The translations under genes were made by a program, and so were the position numbers. From positions 62,001 through 126,000 of the IMG/VR virus record IMGVR_UViG_3300032516_000001: 64,000 nucleotides of DNA; one strand, given 5' to 3'. Shown here in pieces: positions 58,101 through 64,000 of the stretch. How positions within the stretch are numbered: the stretch's first letter is position 1; each line of letters starts with the position of its first letter. Below the pieces are notes generated by a model, which saw only the letters and a list, made by a program, of their open reading frames with translations, did no database searches and was not told the DNA's origin.

Positions 58101-59897
58101 TAATAATTTGGTCATTTTTACATTATCAATAACATTACGATAAACCATTACGGCATTAGGGAAACCGAGTAACCTGCCATTTTCTGGATCACGAACAATC
58201 GCTGGAGCATCAAATCTCAATCCATCGGTCTTTGCTTGTGATGCCCCTGAATTCTGGTCTCCACCAGTAGTTCCACCTGGTACTGCCGCTCCAGATGTTT
58301 CTCCAGCATTTGATGGAAACGATATTTCGTAAGTTACAGTATTTTTATCCTTAGGTACAGAACCAGGAGTTATCTTCATCATGCCTATATTCTTGGGCGC
58401 GATGAATTTCGATCTCTTAGCAGTCAGACTTAGAGTAGATGTCGCTTGTCCTCCGGGTGAAAAATTGTGCGCGATTCCTTGAACGTAGAAGAATGAATCA
58501 TACTTTGGTATCCAGACAGGAAATCCCATACGAAGTTCTGGTCGCATGGGAATAGTAATTGATCCGCTAATGCGTTTGGAGTTTATTTTATCCATTTGGT
58601 CAAGCAAATAATAGAATAGTTTCCGTGCATTACCGGCCCATTCAACCTGTATGTTTAGTCTTCTCCATCCATATCTTCTAAGCAAATGATAATCAATAAC
58701 CCCGGTTCTCGGTGTTGTGATATCATCATTCAATCCGTAATCCATAACACCGCCGAATGCATTCCCACTAGATGTTATGTGTGTATAAATTTCAGCCTCA
58801 GTATCAGTAATACCATCATCTATGATCTCAAAATCTTGTATCCACGAAATAGGCTTATTCGGTATTACATTCATATTATAGAATGGTGGCTTGAATATAA
58901 TATCCCCAGTTGTATCACAGTAAAATTCGTATGCCCCAGCTTGATCACGCGCGGTTAATGCAAGCGACAGTTTACTCTGAAATTCATTTTGGAAGAAATC
59001 AACATCACCAGCTCGAGAAAGCTCTTGTTTGAAAGCAGCGATTTCATGTGGCTGATTTTTAAATTGTGCGGTTTGAGCATTCAAATTCAGCGTCTTGGAT
59101 TCTTCCATAAATATTGCATTTGAAATTTCAGCCGGGGTTTTATTTCCCATTCCTTGAAATGTATAAGCTTGTCCAGAAGTTCCATATAAAACTAACCTAT
59201 TCCAAATATTGCTAAATTTCAATTGCCAATATGCCATTATGCTACTAGCAAACTCTTTTAATGCAAGTCCTTCTCTGCCTTTCTCGGGTATGGATGATAA
59301 GAATGACCCATCGGATAGTGGGAAATCTCCCATCGATTCCCTCGCTAATATCAATATCACGGTATATGGATTAGCACCGGCAAATTTATTCCCCCACATA
59401 TTATATCCAGAAGCCGATTTACCAATATCAAGAAATGCTGGGTTAACTATCGATTGTGTTAATTCCCACCATCTCAAAATATCCTTGCATTGAATTGAGA
59501 TAGAAGTAACCCCATTTGACCAATTCTGTGATACGGTGCTAACTAATCCCCAGAATATTTTGTAATATTGTGGAAATCCTCCTACAGTATAATAACCTTT
59601 GGCATAAATTTCGATTTCCATCATCGGAATGATGATGAATCCGTCATTTACATAGAACTGGTTTACTTGATTATCTGGGATCGATAAATTGATGGTAGCT
59701 GATCCTGGCGGAGAATCAACTGTGCTTTCAGTTGATATTCCGGTGACATATTTATTTATATCAATCTCTCGCCTACATTCACCACATCCAATTACAGTGG
59801 TTTCCCCTTGGACAGCAACATATGCATCCGGAGCCATTGTAACATATGGCCTCTTATTCGGTTTCCATGAACTCCTATATCCAGAAATACGTGGCAT
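55158..59897 (-). CDS. baseplate hub (gp27/gp44/gpD-like) with inserted NlpC/P60-CHAP-like peptidase domain
   Basis: SATINLS, ISIQCKD, YEFYCDTTGDIIFKPP, GSITIPMRPELRMGFPV..FYVQGIAHNF..TSTLSL hub motifs; QSCAL..RPGDII..QHTIIV..TTEG. Confidence 0.8.
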   Translation of the reverse strand: MPRISGYRSSWKPNKRPYVTMAPDAYVAVQGETTVIGCGECRREIDINKYVTGISTESTVDSPPGSATINLSIPDNQVNQFYVNDGFIIIPMMEIEIYAKGYYTVGGFPQYYKIFWGLVSTVSQNWSNGVTSISIQCKDILRWWELTQSIVNPAFLDIGKSASGYNMWGNKFAGANPYTVILILARESMGDFPLSDGSFLSSIPEKGREGLALKEFASSIMAYWQLKFSNIWNRLVLYGTSGQAYTFQGMGNKTPAEISNAIFMEESKTLNLNAQTAQFKNQPHEIAAFKQELSRAGDVDFFQNEFQSKLSLALTARDQAGAYEFYCDTTGDIIFKPPFYNMNVIPNKPISWIQDFEIIDDGITDTEAEIYTHITSSGNAFGGVMDYGLNDDITTPRTGVIDYHLLRRYGWRRLNIQVEWAGNARKLFYYLLDQMDKINSKRISGSITIPMRPELRMGFPVWIPKYDSFFYVQGIAHNFSPGGQATSTLSLTAKRSKFIAPKNIGMMKITPGSVPKDKNTVTYEISFPSNAGETSGAAVPGGTTGGDQNSGASQAKTDGLRFDAPAIVRDPENGRLLGFPNAVMVYRNVIDNVKMTKLLAEVGSVKGDNPQPGGTQYDNRGKRPDLQGQTLERLNSEQRYKVIDQLRAHRYESGMSSAGIYDYAHDVDSTIKEFSVVPTTSISWAGKETTQKSDEVKAQAARNDAIKKKQELNANLAKLEQKLSDAQIRFKSAQASQTSQSSSAPVVNNEQNKSTKGAETNANVIQTEINSLQGEIMSTKTNMALVDLAIGSGKLSALNAMIRPVSDEYGFEVIGHYRYGRGTFIDRGRVKTLYNSDGSNNKNPQVINQLNVQFASTGGALTDVIMDKTLGPESVSFAKAFEELQPDDYRTGASFKGKQYNQNELYENVKVTGETQYTTSINKTLSDTTGVYAEADAVRRAITLAELQPTFSGFSTIDGRSAFTKCACGIGRFLWLSVLPKEFLQKLLTSTTATETHQTESEDPEYAYEETKQLVEPPKNLTGGGDLRNKAADLANSWVNFMSGPGGTQQKYMDLLFPADRDPVWRVDPNWDKTQSCALVARAMLRELGLQDPELQGPYKQSNTRSAITDIRDIGRRHGSITENGNNNPLTERPDLRPGDIIFCGKPGDDSTGAKAFQHTIIVTEILPAGSTKGITGEDYCVLTTEGGQRPYNRSIKLTPAQEEAAAKAAAGGALSLNQARGVLMTSPGIVTKIKRCITKQNGKWYVGGYGTSAPILFTIDLEKTFADTSVANVENNVASNVDAATDAYENRNRKSGGKGKAEEQNNLLTTGDNFSLDSAKFFELLYNYLTLQFAENYIAGNTPREKFAIAGNMPIVTPPAFEQDNILHPGNSLFDRAAQGDPDALNALKRGTNFNFGQSAEGLKTFKDQFKDSGQVGKLWQNTEDLAGQLYDPGSGNFQPPGGVSISTVGPSGRWGASTYPSTGGQPSAGGQPSTTGSGGQWSQSPTGQWSANASSSLPDGSTAEGETAKAIDSGNAQSTKLPTISIQTIKGKKNAELPKALQKGQWQPPSHPTLRTKLNITAPNNIIIGPVLRKNVP

Positions 59898-59901
59898 GAT
59901 T

Positions 59902-61542
59902 TCACCGAGCGATCCGAGTTTCGATTAATTGCGAACTATCGATATCCAGATCATATCTAACATCAAATGAAAAACTGTATGCCATGTTGAACGGCTTATC
60001 AGCGTTATCATCGATCGAAAAATCATTGAATGACCCGATATAAATATGATTGTCATAATAAATATAAATTGAGCACGTTAAAATTGGTATTCCGGCCTGA
60101 GATTCATTACCGGCAAAAATAACTCCATTGTTCTTATATATCATAAATAAGGACATTAAATTTTGATAACTTAAACTGTGTATTCTATTTTCTGTAGTCA
60201 GACCACCAAATCCACCACCAACTATTGCATATTGACCAGCGCTGACTCCACGACCATTGATTTTCATTGGCCTTTCCAACCATATTTGTACTATATGTCC
60301 GAACCTTCCTTTAATGCTACTATCGGTAGTATGTTCATAATTTCGAGTGAATTCACTCGGGTTAACAAGCATAATTAACGGCGGCGTAGCGTTAATGACA
60401 TCTATTTGTCTTTTCAATTCATTGGTTTGTAATATTGCAGCTCCAACACGATATGCGCTAGCAAGTTCGATATTTTTACCTAAACGCAGTGTAAGGTCAT
60501 CGGTTTCAGCTTGAGTTACTCTGCCATACGCCATCAATGAACGAGTTTCATCACCAATATTGTTGGTAAATCTTGTAGGCTGCGTGGTAGGAGTGTTATC
60601 CGTTTGTTGTTTTAATGCTTCTACCGCAGTTTTATATCCAGGATCATTTTTAATATTCTCAACACGCTGTTTCATATCTTTCATGGTTATTTTTCCATCA
60701 CCATCTAAATCTAATGCTTTATTGCCATTATAATCTTGATCATCCACAACTTGAGCAAGTGGATTATTGGTTTGATTAATAAGGCCGGCTTTGCCAGCAT
60801 TCATCAAATATAATTGCAAGGCATTTAATGGCTTATCACCGGCATACCCTGCCTTACAATTACCAATATATTGATCATAATATGTCAATTGCTGAGTAGC
60901 TGACATATTTGTAATATATGGTGCTATTTTTGCTGGCTTAGATAATTTATTAGCTTCACTTGGTTGTATTTGAAATATACCAACAGCACCTCCTTTGTTT
61001 TTAGCAGTTGATCCTAAATGACTCTCGCCCCAAAAAACAACCAATATGTCTTCAGGAGTGGTATTTTGTCTCTGTGCTACTGTATTTAGAGTACTGTAAA
61101 ATCCAGTATTAGCTAAAGTTTCTAGACTAGATTGATTGATTGTGCCAGCTTCGGCTTGAGTTTTGGGATATAAAGGAGTTACTGGATCATTGGCTGGACC
61201 AAGAGTTCCGTTTTTCGACTTTTGTACTAATTGTTCATTAGTAAATAATCCTCCAGCTGCTTGTGTTTGAGCAGTACTTGAGACACTACTTTTAGCGGAT
61301 CCTAAATCAGAAGTACTCCCTGGTTGTTTAGTTTCTACTGGAAGAAAATTCACAACATTATCGGGCGGAATTATTCCGATGATAAATGGTTTGCAATTTC
61401 GTTTAGCAGCCGTTAACGTCCCATATTGTTCAGGAGTGAAACTACCGGTACTAAGATTTAACTGTCTATTAAGTTGATCCAAATACCCAAGAATACTCGG
61501 GTATGGATTGAGGATCTTTTCAAAAATAGAAAAATCACTCAT
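59902..61542 (-). CDS. tail-tube-like baseplate initiator with inserted lytic transglycosylase (SLT) domain
   Basis: VVFWGES..GAVGIFQI..QQL.Y (lysozyme-like/SLT), LDLDGDGKIT EF-hand-like loop; C-terminal LVNPSEF..YIGSFNDFSI..PFNMAYSFSF tube-like domain. Confidence 0.75.
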   Translation of the reverse strand: MSDFSIFEKILNPYPSILGYLDQLNRQLNLSTGSFTPEQYGTLTAAKRNCKPFIIGIIPPDNVVNFLPVETKQPGSTSDLGSAKSSVSSTAQTQAAGGLFTNEQLVQKSKNGTLGPANDPVTPLYPKTQAEAGTINQSSLETLANTGFYSTLNTVAQRQNTTPEDILVVFWGESHLGSTAKNKGGAVGIFQIQPSEANKLSKPAKIAPYITNMSATQQLTYYDQYIGNCKAGYAGDKPLNALQLYLMNAGKAGLINQTNNPLAQVVDDQDYNGNKALDLDGDGKITMKDMKQRVENIKNDPGYKTAVEALKQQTDNTPTTQPTRFTNNIGDETRSLMAYGRVTQAETDDLTLRLGKNIELASAYRVGAAILQTNELKRQIDVINATPPLIMLVNPSEFTRNYEHTTDSSIKGRFGHIVQIWLERPMKINGRGVSAGQYAIVGGGFGGLTTENRIHSLSYQNLMSLFMIYKNNGVIFAGNESQAGIPILTCSIYIYYDNHIYIGSFNDFSIDDNADKPFNMAYSFSFDVRYDLDIDSSQLIETRIAR

Positions 61543-61544
61543 GA

Positions 61545-62357
61545 CTAAATAATGCCAGGTTCGACATAACCAGGACCGTGTTCCAATGACACATAACCAG
61601 GTGGCATGTCCACTACTTTGTTCTCTGGGGTAACAGGCGGCGGAGTCGGTACCTGAGCTGTTGGTTGAATTGCCTTTGACGCCTCCATTTCTTGTATAGC
61701 TTGAAGATCAGGATTCAATGGCTTTGCAAAATTGGGCTGATTGATTGAAAGTGGGAAGTTGTATATCGATTCTTCTATTTTGAACTCCCAACTCAAACTA
61801 AATAACCAGGGTTTGTCATCATTTTCCGCTACTTCAAATGTCGTAAAGTGGCCGAGATAAACGCCCCGGTCATACATACACATAACACGGCCGCGCAGAG
61901 CCGGTTGCCCCTCGCCATTAAAAATTAGGCCATTACAGCGGAAGGTATCCAACAAATCTTCCTGGCGTTCCCAAGCCATCGTGCCATGACGACCATGCTC
62001 TCCAGCTCGGACATATAACCCATCTTTGTCATTCGGATTAGCTATGCCCTCAGATCCAGCAGTCAAACCCGAAAATGGTCCTAAAAATCCACCAGTTGTA
62101 TGGGATGCTGATATTGTATCGAGTTCATCAGGCCATATGAATTCAACAAATCCACCATATGTCATAACAACATTCTTACTTTTGGTGAATTTCTCGCCAA
62201 AACTCTCCGGATTCGTATGTAAAGCCAACACATAACCAAAGATCGGACGGCCGATTGGATCGGTTATTTGAAACAGCATAGGGCGGCCACGCCGACTACC
62301 GCGCCCAGCTTGGAGTGTATCACCAACAAACGGATTTGGGGTATATGGTAATGGCAT
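61545..62357 (-). CDS. tail-tube-like baseplate protein (gp48/gp54-type), paralogous to C-terminus of 59902..61542
   Basis: LHTNPESF..W..ELDTI..YDRGVYLGHFTTFEV.E..DKPWLFSLSWEF. Confidence 0.7.
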   Translation of the reverse strand: MPLPYTPNPFVGDTLQAGRGSRRGRPMLFQITDPIGRPIFGYVLALHTNPESFGEKFTKSKNVVMTYGGFVEFIWPDELDTISASHTTGGFLGPFSGLTAGSEGIANPNDKDGLYVRAGEHGRHGTMAWERQEDLLDTFRCNGLIFNGEGQPALRGRVMCMYDRGVYLGHFTTFEVAENDDKPWLFSLSWEFKIEESIYNFPLSINQPNFAKPLNPDLQAIQEMEASKAIQPTAQVPTPPPVTPENKVVDMPPGYVSLEHGPGYVEPGII

Positions 62358-62361
62358 CTAA

Positions 62362-63156
62362 TTACTCATACTTCAAGATTGATTTATTATCTTGAATTGA
62401 TTTAGCACGACATGTGGTCCTAATGCGATGGCAGTTTGCACATACTAACTCACATTTCGCGATCTCTGCCATCAATTTTTCTCTCGATTGATGTACCATC
62501 GAACCAACACTACGAACTTTAGGTACCATGACATGATCAAAGTCCATCTGGCATGGTTCAAAAAATTCAAGGCAATCTATACATGGATTACTTCGTTTCA
62601 ATTTATCTAGAAATAAACGGTTTCTGATCTTGGTTTCATTGTTATTTTTACTCGGTTTATTTGTACGAAGTCTATGACAATTGGCACATATAACATCGCA
62701 TTTCTGAATTTCATTTAATAACTTCAATAGTGATGAGTGATAAACCATACGATGTATGTCACATGTCTTAATTTTATGACCACGATGATGGAAATCGATT
62801 GCACAAACTGGAAATATTTTTCCACAATCAACACACGGGACAGATTTTAATTTGCGTATTAAATTTATTCTTTCAGATTTTTGTTTTAAATGTGATCTTC
62901 TTTGTACTTCACGAGTTCTATTGGTATTCTTCGTTTTAATCCAACGTTCATGTCGTCTGTCTTTATGATTTAACGAATATTTATTAGCTGCAGCTCGACT
63001 TGCTTCTGGTGACTTCCGACGTTTCGGTAATTTAATTGACTCGTAATATTGATGATCATACGCCTTAAAACAATTATCACATCGTCTATCTCTAAATTTT
63101 AGACGTTTAAAAACAACATCAGGTTCGGATAAACCACATTTAGTACAAACAGTCAT
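62362..63156 (-). CDS. HNH endonuclease with two tandem HNH domains
   Basis: PCVDCG..AIDFHH..EIQKCDVICANCHRLRT and PCIDC..MDFDHV..EIAKCELVCANCHRIRT. Confidence 0.85.
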   Translation of the reverse strand: MTVCTKCGLSEPDVVFKRLKFRDRRCDNCFKAYDHQYYESIKLPKRRKSPEASRAAANKYSLNHKDRRHERWIKTKNTNRTREVQRRSHLKQKSERINLIRKLKSVPCVDCGKIFPVCAIDFHHRGHKIKTCDIHRMVYHSSLLKLLNEIQKCDVICANCHRLRTNKPSKNNNETKIRNRLFLDKLKRSNPCIDCLEFFEPCQMDFDHVMVPKVRSVGSMVHQSREKLMAEIAKCELVCANCHRIRTTCRAKSIQDNKSILKYE

Positions 63157-63182
63157 ATTATGTGATCCTATAAGGATCCTAT

Positions 63183-64000
63183 TTAGGATTTCCTAGCATG
63201 CCTATCCATCGCGCCGTATACTGCGTGTTCTAGTTGTTGTGGGCTTAGATCAGTTCCATTTATAGTTATATTATAAACGTTTCCTCCTCCACCTCCGCCC
63301 CCACCAATTCCTCCACCAGTTGTTGGCATTACCCTTTCACCACGATGCATCATATATGATCCAGTAGCTGGGATTATGCCACCAGTTGCTTTTCCGCCCA
63401 AAACATCCTTTTGTATTCTGCCCTCCGGTCCTCCCCAATCCCCCCCATGCCAAGGAAGTTGCACTATCTTATCTATACCAACTCCCGCTTCAGATAAAGC
63501 TTTCCCATTTTCAGTAAGAGCATCCCTGACCTCGGAATTCTCTATTGCAGCCATTAGTATTACATGTTCGAGTAATGCGATTCGCAAAACATCAAGCGTC
63601 ACATCTCTGTATTTCTTGAAGTATTTGGTGAAAAAGGTGCTTTTGAATACTATGCCGTCTCTGAGAGATCCAGAGACATCTACCATTGAATCAGCGGATT
63701 CACGCGTATTCTTGGCGGTTTCACCTGAACTTTCTACTTGTTCTACAGCAGCCTCCATTATTTGTTCATCTGTTGAAGCTGCGGCTATTTCAGCTGCAGG
63801 CGGTGCTCCAGCTGCAGGCGATGCTCCTCCACCACCCCCAAACATTCCAAGCATTGGGAATGTTTTTCCCAATAATTTTTGAGCTCCCTCTTTTTCTATA
63901 TCAGCCGCTGGTGATGCTCCTCCACCACCCCCAAACATTCCAAGCATTGGGAATGTTTTTCCCAATAATTTTTGAGCTCCCTCTTTTTCTATATCAGGGG
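63183..64000 (-). CDS. C-terminal part of probable tape measure protein (5' end outside window)
   Basis: KATGGII...MHRGERVMP..GGG.NVYNITING motif typical of TMP C-termini; lies upstream of tube-initiator/hub/spike genes; frame open to the edge. Confidence 0.7.
   Translation of the reverse strand, partial: PDIEKEGAQKLLGKTFPMLGMFGGGGGASPAADIEKEGAQKLLGKTFPMLGMFGGGGGASPAAGAPPAAEIAAASTDEQIMEAAVEQVESSGETAKNTRESADSMVDVSGSLRDGIVFKSTFFTKYFKKYRDVTLDVLRIALLEHVILMAAIENSEVRDALTENGKALSEAGVGIDKIVQLPWHGGDWGGPEGRIQKDVLGGKATGGIIPATGSYMMHRGERVMPTTGGGIGGGGGGGGNVYNITINGTDLSPQQLEHAVYGAMDRHARKS
63820..63997. repeat. tandem duplication, 85 bp identical, period 93 bp (31 codons)
   Basis: 63820-63904 is identical to 63913-63997; encodes DIEKEGAQKLLGKTFPMLGMFGGGGGAS twice. 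Confidence 0.9.

Noticed and set aside
36190-62357. Bacterial extracellular contractile injection system or T6SS locus
   Set aside because: Intein helicase, DnaC-like gene, homing endonucleases, tape measure and absence of host housekeeping genes favour a phage genome
63376-63882. 168-aa plus-strand ORF and similar 60-140-aa antisense ORFs throughout
   Set aside because: Fully antisense to long, motif-bearing minus-strand genes

Overview
AT-rich, gene-dense segment of a large (jumbo-type) contractile-tailed phage genome, standard genetic code, almost entirely coded on the minus strand. In transcription order (right to left) it holds: C-terminus of a probable tape measure protein, two tail-tube-like baseplate initiators (one with an inserted lytic transglycosylase), a baseplate hub with an inserted Cys-His peptidase/amidase, a gp5/VgrG-like spike and a threefold-repeat Gly/Ala protein. 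Next come several very large unknown virion proteins, gp25-, gpJ- and gpI-like wedge proteins, two Gly-X-Thr collagen fibres, two proteins with triplet His-pair repeats, and a beta-helix protein. The left end carries a putative envelope/lysis trio, an intein-containing SNF2 helicase and a degenerate DnaC-like protein. Three free-standing HNH endonucleases interrupt the tail module. A 2.4-kb non-structural island in the fibre genes encodes a [17-aa repeat array + Vsr/DUF559-like nuclease + Mom-like DNA-modifying GNAT] fusion, immediately followed by a complete phage tmRNA (tag ANDNAVRVAA). Other signals are a recurring TG-TAnnnT motif just upstream of SD-less start codons and a +1 frame break at UUU_C in one baseplate-region gene. 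All product calls come from motifs read by eye and from gene order; no database searches were run.
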